From: Eledone cirrhosa | Lineage: Eukaryota | Direction: 5' to 3' | NCBI GenBank assembly: GCA_964016885.1 | Contig: OZ024743.1 | Location: forward strand, 93,930,001 to 93,994,000 | DNA length: 64,000 nt | Part shown: positions 19,756 through 33,600 of the stretch, one piece after another | How positions within the stretch are numbered: position 1 is the first letter of the stretch | How the letters are laid out: every line of letters starts with the position of its first letter | Made by a program: the position numbers and the translations under genes | Notes under the pieces: model-generated | Databases searched by the model: none | The model's input: the letters and a program-made list of their open reading frames with translations, nothing else | Told to the model about the DNA's origin: nothing

Positions 19756-19922
19756 GAATGAGGCAAGGGTGTAAAGACGTGGGAGAAGGGTGGAGTGACC
19801 AGAATATGGATGGGAGTGTTAGGGTGTGGGAGGTGTATGGAAGGGGGAATAGTTTAATAATTAGTAGTTTGTATGTGTCAAAAAATTATAGAAGATAACT
19901 AACTTTCTTTTGTTATTTCCAG

Positions 19923-20051
19923 GGTCAAATGGAATTGGTTGAGACCATGGAAGTTTGGAAACAGAGACATCATGTTATGAAATACTTCAAGGACTCTGAG
20001 AACCCTCGACCTACAGATTTTCTATCCAAATTCTATGATGGCAGTGATTGA
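19923..20051 (+). CDS. NDUFA6: NDUFA6 exon 3 (stop codon); spliced product 124 aa
   Basis: [42 protein letters not shown]; acceptor ttatttccAG. Not in the ORF track. Confidence 0.96.
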   Translation, partial: GQMELVETMEVWKQRHHVMKYFKDSENPRPTDFLSKFYDGSD

Positions 20052-20101
20052 TTCCACGTCCATAAATATTGCTCTTGTTTTATATATTAATTTTTGTAGA
20101 C

Positions 20102-20152
20102 AATAAAGTTTGTTGGGGCATTGTCTTATGTAACAAACAAATAGGCAATAAA
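20102..20152 (+). terminator. Candidate NDUFA6 polyadenylation signals
   Basis: AATAAA at 20102 and 20147, followed by a GT-rich tract (ttttgttcttgttgtt). Confidence 0.6.
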
Positions 20153-20479
20153 CTTTTATGGTTATGGAACTTTTGTTCTTGTTGTTCAGTTATCTGCATT
20201 GAGGGCTTTTGCTTGATTACAACATTGTTGGTCAGTTGATTGGATCAGCTAACACTGATTTTCATAAGAAATACTTGTGTAAATGTCAAATTTTTTTAGA
20301 CAATTTTTTAAGGTTAAATATTTCTATTTATCTTTTTACGGTTAAAATTATGGACTATTACATGGATACTATTTTTGAGGGGCTTGAAATTCAAGATAGA
20401 ATCCAAAGTAACATATCAGAAGCAGAAGCCCAACTGATCTCTAAACAAATAAAAACAAAAACACAATCAATTACAGTAA

Positions 20480-21280
20480 TATTACCTCAAACGAGGCCAG
20501 CCAAGCTAATGGGTCTCCTGCCTGTAGAATCTGTCCAGTGATTCTTTCTTGAGATATTCTAACCACATGCCCATAGTATCAGAGCTGTGATCTCTCAATT
20601 CGGAACAGTAGCGGCTCTACCTGGAGTGACTCTGATCTCTAAGCCACGCACTCTATCGAGTAATGTTACTCCAAAGACCCTTCAGAGGAACCCCATTTAA
20701 AATGGGGTTCCTCTGAAGGGTCTTTGGAGTAACGCTTGCATTTGTGATCGTATTCTTTCGTTCATTGCCCACGATTTATGACCATGGATAAGGGTTGGCA
20801 GGAATACCGAATTGAAGATAGCGATTTTGGCTTTTACGCCCACCGCCCTTTTTCTGATTACTGAATGCTGAAGCTGGTGCATTATTGTACGAGCTTCTAC
20901 AATTCTTGTACTTAATTCAACCTTCCATCACTTGTGAACACAGTCCAGAGATACTTGAACTTCTCTACCTGCTTCAGTGGAACTCCATTTACATGTAGAG
21001 TGCACTACACAGGCTTCCTTGAGAGCACAAGCGTCTCAGTTTCCACAGCAGTGTCAAGTTAAGTAACACCATTTTGTATGCAAATTCCAGTCGACTGATT
21101 TTAAATCCACCAGTCATGATACCATTTCCAACCTGGCTGCAGATGTCAATGCTGTTCATATAAATAATGAACAGGAGTGGTGACAGTACGCACCCATGGC
21201 AGAGTCTGACACATTGAATGGTTTTTATTTAGCCTTCTACCTAACTCGGCCCATGGACTGAGTGCTCTACCACTACGGAT
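20480..21280 (-). mobile_element. Decayed RTE (BovB-like) LINE fragment
   Basis: Minus-strand translations CHGCVLSPLLFIIY, LHVNGVPLKQVEKFKYL, KAKIAIFNSVFLPTLIHGHKSW, MGFL*RVFGVTLLDRVR and YYGHVVR, with stops and frameshifts. Confidence 0.88.
20665..20733. repeat. Perfect inverted repeat, 34-bp arms, 1-nt spacer
   Basis: GTTACTCCAAAGACCCTTCAGAGGAACCCCATTT-A-AAATGGGGTTCCTCTGAAGGGTCTTTGGAGTAAC. Confidence 0.97.
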
Positions 21281-21366
21281 ATTACCTTCCAGTGTTCTAC
21301 CTCTCTCTCTCTATATATATATATGTATTTATATATGTATATATGTGTGTGCATATATATATATAT

Positions 21367-21650
21367 CTCATCCTCATCATCATTTTACATCCGCTCTTCC
21401 CTGCTTGCAAGGGTGGGACGGGTCTTATTCAGCATCTCTCCACTTGTCACGGTCCCTCGTCATCTCCACCGTGAGCTTCAATGATCTGAGGTCTGTTCTC
21501 ACCACCTCCGCCCATGTTTTTCGTGGTCTACCTCTACCACGTCTTCATTAACTGGCATTTCCTGGCACTTCTTTACCCATCGGTCATCCTCCATGCGCAT
21601 CACATGTCCATACCACCTCAGTCTCCTCTCCCGTACACTACATTCTATCC
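21367..21650 (-). mobile_element. RTE LINE 3' fragment fused to the satellite edge
   Basis: Minus-strand GIECSVRERRLRWYGHVMRMEDDRWVKKC...GRGRPRKTWAEVVRTDL...RDRDKWR, then a (GAT)-type tail next to (AT)n. Confidence 0.9.
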
Positions 21651-24600
21651 CACCACCCCAGTACCAACAATGTGTGACTATATCTCACCACCCCAGTACC
21701 AACAATGTGTGACTGGGATGGTGGGATATAGTCACACATTTTTGGTACTGAGATGGTGGGATATAGTCACACATTGTTGGTACTGAGATGGTGGGATATA
21801 GTCACACATTGTTGGTACTGGTATGGTGGGATATAGTCACACATTGTTGGTACTGGTATGGTGGGATATAGTCACACATTGTTGGTACTGGTATGGTGGG
21901 ATATAGTCACACATTGTTGGTACTGGTATGGTGGGATATAGTCACACATTGTTGGTACTGGGATGGTGGGATATAGTCACACATTGTTGGTACTGGTATG
22001 GTGGGATATAGTCACACATTGTTGGTACTGGGGTGGTGGGATATAGTCACACTTTGTTGGTACTGGGGTGGTGGGATATAGTCACACATTTTGGGTACTG
22101 GTATGGTGGGATATAGTCACACATTGTTGGTACTGGGGTGGTGGGATATAGTCACACTTTGTTGGTACTGGGGTGGTGGGATATAGTCACACATTTTGGG
22201 TACTGGTATGGTGGGATATAGTCACACATTGTTGGTACTGAGATGGTGGGATATAGTCACACATTGTTGGTACTGGTATGGTGGGATATAGTCACACATT
22301 GTTGGTACTGGTATGGTGGGATATAGTCACACATTGTTGGTACTGGTATGGTGGGATATAGTCACACATTGTTGGTACTGGTATGGTGGGATATAGTCAC
22401 ACATTGTTGGTACTGGGGTGGTGGGATATAGTCACACATTGTTGGTACTGGGATGGTGGGATATAGTCACACATTGTTGGTACTGGTATGGTGGGATATA
22501 GTCACACATTGTTGGTACTGGGGTGGTGGGATATAGTCACACTTTGTTGGTACTGGGGTGGTGGGATATAGTCACACATTTTGGGTACTGGTATGGTGGG
22601 ATATAGTCACACATTGTTGGTACTGAGATGGTGGGATATAGTCACACATTGTTGGTACTGGTATGGTGGGATATAGTCACACATTGTTGGTACTGGTATG
22701 GTGGGATATAGTCACACATTGTTGGTACTGAGATGGTGGGATATAGTCACACATTGTTGGTACTGGGGTGGTGGGATATAGTCACACATTGTTGGTACTG
22801 AGATGGTGGGATATAGTCACACATTGTTGGTACTGGTATGGTGGGATATAGTCACACATTGTTGGTACTGGTATGGTGGGATATAGTCACACATTGTTGG
22901 TACTGGGATGGTGGGATATAGTCACACATTGTTGGTACTGGTATGGTGGGATATAGTCACACATTGTTGGTACAGGTATGGTGGGATATAGTCACACATT
23001 TTGGGTACTGGTATGGTGGGATATAGTCACACATTGTTGGTACTGGGATGGTGGGATATAGTCACACATTGTTGGTACTGGTATGGTGGGATATAGTCAC
23101 ACATTGTTGGTACTGGTATGGTGGGATATAGTCACACATTGTTGGTACTGGGATGGTGGGATATAGTCACACATTGTTGGTACTGGTATGGTGGGATATA
23201 GTCACACATTGTTGGTACTGGTATGGTGGGATATAGTCACACATTGTTGGTACTGGGGTGGTGGGATATAGTCACACATTGTTGGTACTGGTATGGTGGG
23301 ATATAGTCACACATTGTTGGTACTGGTATGGTGGGATATAGTCACATTGTTGGTACTGGTATGGTGGGATATAGTCACACATTGTTGGTACTGGGGTGGT
23401 GGGATATAGTCACACTTTGTTGGTACTGGGGTGGTGGGATATAGTCACATATTGTTGGTACTGGTATGGTGGGATATAGTCACACATTGTTGGTACTGGT
23501 ATGGTGGGATATAGTCACACATTGTTGGTACTGGGATGGTGGGATATAGTCACACATTGTTGGTACTGGTATGGTGGGATATAGTCACACATTGTTGGTA
23601 CTGGTATGGTGGGATATAGTCACATTGTTGGTACTGGTATGGTGGGATATAGTCACACATTGTTGGTACTGGGGTGGTGGGATATAGTCACACTTTGTTG
23701 GTACTGGGGTGGTGGGATATAGTCACACATTGTGGGTACAGGGATGGTGGGATATAGTCACACATTGTTGGTACTGGTATGGTGGGATATAGTCACATAT
23801 TGTTGGTACTGGTATGGTGGGATATAGTCACATATTGTTGGTACTGGTATGGTGGGACATAGTCACACATTGTTGGTACTGGGATGGTGGGATATAGTCA
23901 CATATTGTTGGTACTGGTATGGTGGGATATAGTCACATATTGTTGGTACTGGTATGGTGGGATATAGTCACACATTGTTGGTACTGGGATGGTGGGATAT
24001 AGTCACATATTGTTGGTACTGGTATGGTGGGATATAGTCACATATTGTTGGTACTGGTATGGTGGGATATAGTCACACATTGTTGGTACTGGGATGGTGG
24101 GATATAGTCACACATTGTTGGTACTGGGATGGTGGGATATAGTCACACATTGTTGGTACTGGTATGGTGGGATATAGTCACATATTGTTGGTACTGGGTT
24201 GGTGGGATATAGTCACATATTGTTGGTACTGGTATGGTGGGATATAGTCACATATTGTTGGTACTGGTATGGTGGGATTTAGTCACATATTGTTGGTACT
24301 GGGATGGTGGGATATAGTCACATATTGTTGGTACTGGTATGGTGGGATATAGTCACATATTGTTGGTACTGGTATGGTGGGATATAGTCACACATTGTTG
24401 GTACTGGGGTGGTGGGATATAGTCACACATTGTTGGTACTGGGGTGGTGGGATATAGTCAAATATTGTTGGTACTGGTATGGTGGGATATAGTCACACAT
24501 TGTTGGTACTGGGATGGTGGGATATAGTCACACATAGTTGGTACTGGGATGGTGAGATATAGTCACACATTGTGGGTACTGGTATGGTGGGATATAGTCA

Positions 24601-27600
24601 CACATTGTTGGTACTGGTATGGTGGGATATAGTCACACATTGTTGGTACAGGTATGGTGGGATATAGTCACACATTGTTGGTACTGGGGTGGTGGGATAT
24701 AGTCACACATTGTTGGTACTGGGATGGTGAGATATAGTCACACATTGTGGGTACTGGTATGGTGGGATATAGTCACACATTGTTGGTACAGGTATGGTGG
24801 GATATAGTCACATATTGTTGGTACTGGGATGGTGGGATATAGTCACACATTGTTGGTACTGGGATGGTGAGATATAGTCACACATTGTGGGTACTGGTAT
24901 GGTGGGATATAGTCACACATTGTTGGTACAGGTATGGTGGGATATAGTCACACATTGTTGGTACTGGGATGGTGGGATATAGTCACACATTGTTGGTACT
25001 GGTATGGTGGGATATAGTCACACATTGTTGGTACTGGGGTGGTGGGATATAGTCACATATTGTTGGTCCTGGAGTGGTGGGATATAGTCACACATTGTTG
25101 GTACTGGAATGGTGGGATATAGTCACACATTGTTGGTACTGGTATGGTGGGATATAGTCACACATTGTTGGTACTGAAATGGTGGGATATAGTCACACAT
25201 TGTTGGTACTGAGATGGTGGGATATAGTCACACATTGTTGGTACTGGGGTGGTGGGATATAGTCACACATTGTTGGTACTGGTGTGGTGGGATATAGTCA
25301 CACATTGTTGGTACTGGTGTGGTGGGATATAGTCACACATTGTTGGTACTCGTATGGTGGGATATAGTCACATATTGTCGGTACTGGTATGGTGGGATAT
25401 AGTCACATATTGTTGGTACTGGGGTGGTGGGATATAGTCACACTTTGTTGGTACTGGGGTGGTGGGATATAGTCACACATTGTGGGTACAGGGATGGTGG
25501 GATATAGTCACACATTGTTGGTACTGGGGTGGTGGGATATAGTAACACATTGTTGGTACTGGTATGGTGGGATATAGTCATACATTGTTGGTACTGGGAT
25601 GGTGGGATATAGTCACACATTGTTGGTACTGGAATGGTGGGATATAGTCACATATTGTTGATACTGGGGTGGTGGGATATAGTCACACATTGTTGGTACT
25701 GGTATGGTGGGATATAGTCACATATTGTTGGTACTGGTATGGTGGGATATAGTCACACATTGTTGGTACTGGTATGGTGGGATATAGTCACACATTGTTG
25801 GTACTGGGATGGTGGGATATAGTCACACATTGTTGGTACTGGTATGGTGGGATATAGTCACATATTGTTGGTACTGGGGTGGTGGGATATAGTCACATAT
25901 TGTTGGTACTGGTATGGTGGGATATAGTCACAAATTGTTGGTACTGGTATGGTGGGATATAGTCACATATTGTTGGTACTGGGGTGGTGGGATATAGTCA
26001 CACATTGTTGGTACTGGGGTGGTGGGATATAGTCACACATTGTTGGTACTGGTATGGTGGGATATAGTCACATATTGTTGGTACTGGGGTAGTGGGATAT
26101 AGTCACATATTGTTGGTACTGGGATGGTGGGATATAGTCACACATTGTTGGTACTGGGGTGGTGGGATATAGTCACACATTGTTGGTACTGGGGTGGTGG
26201 GATATAATCAAATATTGTTGGTACTGGTATGGTGGGATATATTCACACATTGTTGGTACTGGGGTGGTGGGATATAGTCACACATTGTTGGTACAGGTAT
26301 GGTGGGATATAGTCACATATTGTTGGTACTGGGGTGGTGGGATATAGTCACACATTGTTGGTACTGGGATGGTGAGATATAGTCACACATTGTGGGTACT
26401 GGTATGGTGGGATATAGTCACACATTGTTGGTATTTGGGTGGTGGGATATAGTCACACATTGTTGGTATTGGGGTGGTGGGATATAGTCACACATTGTTG
26501 GTACTGGAATGGTGGGATATAGTCACACATTGTTGGTACTGGGATGGTGGGATATAGTCACATTGTTGGTACTGGGATGGTGGGATTGTTGGTACTGGGA
26601 TGGTGGGATATATTCACACATTGTTGGTACTGGGGTGGTGGGATATAGTCACATATTGTTGGTACTGGGGTGGTGGGATATAGTCACACATTGTTGGTAC
26701 TGGGGTGGTGGGATATAGTCACACTTTGTTGGTACTGGTATGGTGGGATATAGTCACACTTTGTTGGTACTGGTATGGTGGGATATAGTCACACATTGTT
26801 GGTACTGGTATGGTGAGATATAGTCACACATTGTGGGTACTGGTATGGTGGGATATAGTCACACATTGTTGGTACAGGTATGGTGGGATATAGTCACACA
26901 TTGTTGGTACTGGGTTGGTGGGATATAGTCACACATTGTTTGGTACTGGGATGGTGGGATATAGTCACACATTGTTGGTATTTGGGTGGTGGGATATAGT
27001 CACACATTGTTGGTACTGGTATAGTGGGATATAGTCACATATTGTTGGTACTGGGGTGGTGGGATATAGTCACACATTGTTGGTACTGGGGTGGTGGGAT
27101 ATAGTCACATATTGTTGGTACTGGTATGGTGGGATATAGTCACACATTGTTGGTACTGGTATGGTGGAATATAGTCACACATTGTTGGTACTGGGGTGGT
27201 GCGATATAGTCACATATTGTTGGTCCTGGGGTGGTGGGATATAGTCACACATTGTTGGTACTGGAATGGTGGGATATAGTCACACATTGTTGGTACTGGT
27301 ATGGTGGGATATAGTCACACTTTGTTGGTACTGGAATGGTGGGATATAGTCACACATTGTTGGTACTGGTATGGTGGGATATAGTCACACATTGTTGGTA
27401 CTGGAATGGTGGGATATAGTCACACATTGTTGGTACTGAGATGGTGGGATATAGTCACACATTGTTGGTACTGGGGTGGTGGGATATAGTCACATGTTGT
27501 TGGTCCTGGGGTGGTGGGATATAGTGACACATTGTTGGTACTGGAATGGTGGGATATAGTCACACATTGTTGGTACTGGTATGGTGGGATATAGTCACAC

Positions 27601-30600
27601 ATTGTTGGTACTGGAATGGTGGGATATAGTCACACATTGTTGGTACTGAGATGGTGGGATATAGTCACACACTGTTGGTACTGGTGTGGTGGGATATAGT
27701 CACACATTGTTGGTACTGGTATGGTGGGATATAGTCACACATTGTCGGTACTGGTATGGTGGGATATAGTCACATATTGTTGGTACTGGGGTGGTGGGAT
27801 ATAGTCACACTTTGTTGGTACTGGGGTGGTGGGATATAGTCACACATTGTGGGTACAGGGATGGTGGGATATAGTCACACATTGTTGGTACTGGGGTGGT
27901 GGGATATAGTAACACATTGTTGGTACTGGTATGGTGGGATATAGTCACACATTGTTGGTACTGGTGTGGTGGGATATAGTCACACATTGTTGGTACTGGT
28001 ATGGTGGGATATAGTCACACATTGTTGGTACTGGGGTGGTGGGATATAGTCACACATTGTTGGTACTGGTATGGTGGGATATAGTCACACATTGTTGGTA
28101 CTGGTATGGTGGGATATAGTCACACATTGTTGGTACTGGTATGGTGGGATATAGTCACACATTGTTGGTACTGGGATGGTGGGATATAGTCACACATTGT
28201 TGGTACTGGTATGGTGGGATATAGTCACACATTGTTGGTACTGGTATGGTGGGATATAGTCACACATTGTTGGTACTGGTATGGTGGGATATAGTCACAC
28301 ATTGTTGGTACTGGTATGGTGGGATATAGTCACATATTGTTGGTACTGGTATGGTGGGATATAGTCACACATTGTTGGTACTGGGATGGTGGGATATAGT
28401 CACACATTGTTGGTACTGGGGTGGTGGGATATAGTCACATATTGTTGGTACTGGTATGGTGGGATATAGTCACATATTGTTGGTACTGGGGTGGTGGGAT
28501 ATAGTCACATATTGTTGGTACTGGTATGGTGGGATATAGTCACATATTGTTTGTACAGGTATGGTGGGATATAGTCACATATTGTTGGTACTGGGGTGGT
28601 GGAATATAGTCACACATTATTGGTACTGGGGTGGTGGGATATAGTCACACATTGTTGGTACTGGTATGGTGGGATATAGTCACATATTGTTGGTACTAGG
28701 GTGGTGGGATATAGTCACATATTGTTGGTACTGGGATGGTGGGATATAGTCAAACATTGTTGGTACTGAGATGGTGGGATATAGTCACACATTGTTGGTA
28801 CTGGTGTGGTGGGATATAGTCACACATTGTTGGTACTGGTATGGTGGGATATAGTCACACATTGTCGGTACTGGTATGGTGGGATATAGTCACATATTGT
28901 TGGTACTGGGGTGGTGGGATATAGTCACACTTTGTTGGTACTGGGGTGGTGGGATATAGTCACACATTGTGGGTACAGGGATGGTGGGATATAGTCACAC
29001 ATTGTTGGTACTGGTATGGTGGGATATAGTCACACATTGTTGGTACTGGTATGGTGGGACATAGTCACACATTGTTGGTACTGGTATGGTGGGATATAGT
29101 CACATATTGTTGGTACTGGTATGGTGGGATATAGTCACACATTGTTGGTACTGGTATGGTGGGATATAGTCACACATTGTTGGTACTGGGATGGTGGGAT
29201 ATAGTCACACATTTTGGTATTGGGGTGGTGGGATATAGTCACACATTGTTGGTACTGGTATAGTGGGATATAGTCACATATTGTTGGTACTGGGGTGGTG
29301 GGATATAGTCACACATTGTTGGTACTGGGATGGTGAGATATAGTCACACATTGTGGGTACTGGTATGGTGGGATATAGTCACACATTGTTGGTACTGGGG
29401 TGGTGGGATATAGTCACACATTGTTGGTACTGGAATGGTGGGATATAGTCACATATTTTTGATACTGGTATGGTGGGATATAGTCACACATTGTTGGTAC
29501 TGGAATGGTGGGATATAGTCACACATTGTTGGTACTGGTATGGTGGGATATAGTCACACATTGTTGGTACTGGAATAGTGGGATATAGTCACACATTGTT
29601 GGTACTGAGATGGTGGGATATAGTCACACATTGTTGGTACTGGTATGGTGGGATATAGTCACACATTGTTGGTACTGGGGTGGTGGGATATAGTCACATA
29701 TTGTTGGTCCTGGGGTGGTGGGATATAGTCACACATTGTTGGTACTGGAATGGTGGGATATAGTCACACATTGTTGGTACTGGTATGGTGGGATATAGTC
29801 ACACATTGTTGGTACTGGAATGGTGGGATATAGTCACACATTGTTGGTACTGAGATGGTGGGATATAGTCACATATTGTTGGTACTGGTATGGTGGGATA
29901 TAGTCACATATTGTTGGTACTGGTATGGTGGGATATAGTCACACATTGTTGGTACTGGGATGGTGGGATATAGTCACATATTGTTGGTACTGGTATGGTG
30001 GGATATAGTCACATATTGTTGGTACTGGTATGGTGGGATATAGTCACACATTGTTGGTACTGGGATGGTGGGATATAGTCACACATTGTTGGTACTGGGA
30101 TGGTGGGATATAGTCACACATTGTTGGTACTGGTATGGTGGGATATAGTCACATATTGTTGGTACTGGGTTGGTGGGATATAGTCACATATTGTTGGTAC
30201 TGGTATGGTGGGATATAGTCACATATTGTTGGTACTGGTATGGTGGGATTTAGTCACATATTGTTGGTACTGGGATGGTGGGATATAGTCACATATTGTT
30301 GGTACTGGTATGGTGGGATATAGTCACATATTGTTGGTACTGGTATGGTGGGATATAGTCACACATTGTTGGTACTGGGGTGGTGGGATATAGTCACACA
30401 TTGTTGGTACTGGGGTGGTGGGATATAGTCAAATATTGTTGGTACTGGTATGGTGGGATATAGTCACACATTGTTGGTACTGGGATGGTGGGATATAGTC
30501 ACACATAGTTGGTACTGGGATGGTGAGATATAGTCACACATTGTGGGTACTGGTATGGTGGGATATAGTCACACATTGTTGGTACTGGTATGGTGGGATA

Positions 30601-33600
30601 TAGTCACACATTGTTGGTACAGGTATGGTGGGATATAGTCACACATTGTTGGTACTGGGGTGGTGGGATATAGTCACACATTGTTGGTACTGGGATGGTG
30701 AGATATAGTCACACATTGTGGGTACTGGTATGGTGGGATATAGTCACACATTGTTGGTACAGGTATGGTGGGATATAGTCACATATTGTTGGTACTGGGA
30801 TGGTGGGATATAGTCACACATTGTTGGTACTGGGATGGTGAGATATAGTCACACATTGTGGGTACTGGTATGGTGGGATATAGTCACACATTGTTGGTAC
30901 AGGTATGGTGGGATATAGTCACACATTGTTGGTACTGGGATGGTGGGATATAGTCACACATTGTTGGTACTGGTATGGTGGGATATAGTCACACATTGTT
31001 GGTACTGGGGTGGTGGGATATAGTCACATATTGTTGGTCCTGGAGTGGTGGGATATAGTCACACATTGTTGGTACTGGAATGGTGGGATATAGTCACACA
31101 TTGTTGGTACTGGTATGGTGGGATATAGTCACACATTGTTGGTACTGAAATGGTGGGATATAGTCACACATTGTTGGTACTGAGATGGTGGGATATAGTC
31201 ACACATTGTTGGTACTGGGGTGGTGGGATATAGTCACACATTGTTGGTACTGGTGTGGTGGGATATAGTCACACATTGTTGGTACTGGTGTGGTGGGATA
31301 TAGTCACACATTGTTGGTACTCGTATGGTGGGATATAGTCACATATTGTCGGTACTGGTATGGTGGGATATAGTCACATATTGTTGGTACTGGGGTGGTG
31401 GGATATAGTCACACTTTGTTGGTACTGGGGTGGTGGGATATAGTCACACATTGTGGGTACAGGGATGGTGGGATATAGTCACACATTGTTGGTACTGGGG
31501 TGGTGGGATATAGTAACACATTGTTGGTACTGGTATGGTGGGATATAGTCATACATTGTTGGTACTGGGATGGTGGGATATAGTCACACATTGTTGGTAC
31601 TGGAATGGTGGGATATAGTCACATATTGTTGATACTGGGGTGGTGGGATATAGTCACACATTGTTGGTACTGGTATGGTGGGATATAGTCACATATTGTT
31701 GGTACTGGTATGGTGGGATATAGTCACACATTGTTGGTACTGGTATGGTGGGATATAGTCACACATTGTTGGTACTGGGATGGTGGGATATAGTCACACA
31801 TTGTTGGTACTGGTATGGTGGGATATAGTCACATATTGTTGGTACTGGGGTGGTGGGATATAGTCACATATTGTTGGTACTGGTATGGTGGGATATAGTC
31901 ACAAATTGTTGGTACTGGTATGGTGGGATATAGTCACATATTGTTGGTACTGGGGTGGTGGGATATAGTCACACATTGTTGGTACTGGGGTGGTGGGATA
32001 TAGTCACACATTGTTGGTACTGGTATGGTGGGATATAGTCACATATTGTTGGTACTGGGGTAGTGGGATATAGTCACATATTGTTGGTACTGGGATGGTG
32101 GGATATAGTCACACATTGTTGGTACTGGGGTGGTGGGATATAGTCACACATTGTTGGTACTGGGGTGGTGGGATATAATCAAATATTGTTGGTACTGGTA
32201 TGGTGGGATATATTCACACATTGTTGGTACTGGGGTGGTGGGATATAGTCACACATTGTTGGTACAGGTATGGTGGGATATAGTCACATATTGTTGGTAC
32301 TGGGGTGGTGGGATATAGTCACACATTGTTGGTACTGGGATGGTGAGATATAGTCACACATTGTGGGTACTGGTATGGTGGGATATAGTCACACATTGTT
32401 GGTATTTGGGTGGTGGGATATAGTCACACATTGTTGGTATTGGGGTGGTGGGATATAGTCACACATTGTTGGTACTGGAATGGTGGGATATAGTCACACA
32501 TTGTTGGTACTGGGATGGTGGGATATAGTCACATTGTTGGTACTGGGATGGTGGGATTGTTGGTACTGGGATGGTGGGATATATTCACACATTGTTGGTA
32601 CTGGGGTGGTGGGATATAGTCACATATTGTTGGTACTGGGGTGGTGGGATATAGTCACACATTGTTGGTACTGGGGTGGTGGGATATAGTCACACTTTGT
32701 TGGTACTGGTATGGTGGGATATAGTCACACTTTGTTGGTACTGGTATGGTGGGATATAGTCACACATTGTTGGTACTGGTATGGTGAGATATAGTCACAC
32801 ATTGTGGGTACTGGTATGGTGGGATATAGTCACACATTGTTGGTACAGGTATGGTGGGATATAGTCACACATTGTTGGTACTGGGTTGGTGGGATATAGT
32901 CACACATTGTTTGGTACTGGGATGGTGGGATATAGTCACACATTGTTGGTATTTGGGTGGTGGGATATAGTCACACATTGTTGGTACTGGTATAGTGGGA
33001 TATAGTCACATATTGTTGGTACTGGGGTGGTGGGATATAGTCACACATTGTTGGTACTGGGGTGGTGGGATATAGTCACATATTGTTGGTACTGGTATGG
33101 TGGGATATAGTCACACATTGTTGGTACTGGTATGGTGGAATATAGTCACACATTGTTGGTACTGGGGTGGTGCGATATAGTCACATATTGTTGGTCCTGG
33201 GGTGGTGGGATATAGTCACACATTGTTGGTACTGGAATGGTGGGATATAGTCACACATTGTTGGTACTGGTATGGTGGGATATAGTCACACTTTGTTGGT
33301 ACTGGAATGGTGGGATATAGTCACACATTGTTGGTACTGGTATGGTGGGATATAGTCACACATTGTTGGTACTGGAATGGTGGGATATAGTCACACATTG
33401 TTGGTACTGAGATGGTGGGATATAGTCACACATTGTTGGTACTGGGGTGGTGGGATATAGTCACATGTTGTTGGTCCTGGGGTGGTGGGATATAGTGACA
33501 CATTGTTGGTACTGGAATGGTGGGATATAGTCACACATTGTTGGTACTGGTATGGTGGGATATAGTCACACATTGTTGGTACTGGAATGGTGGGATATAG

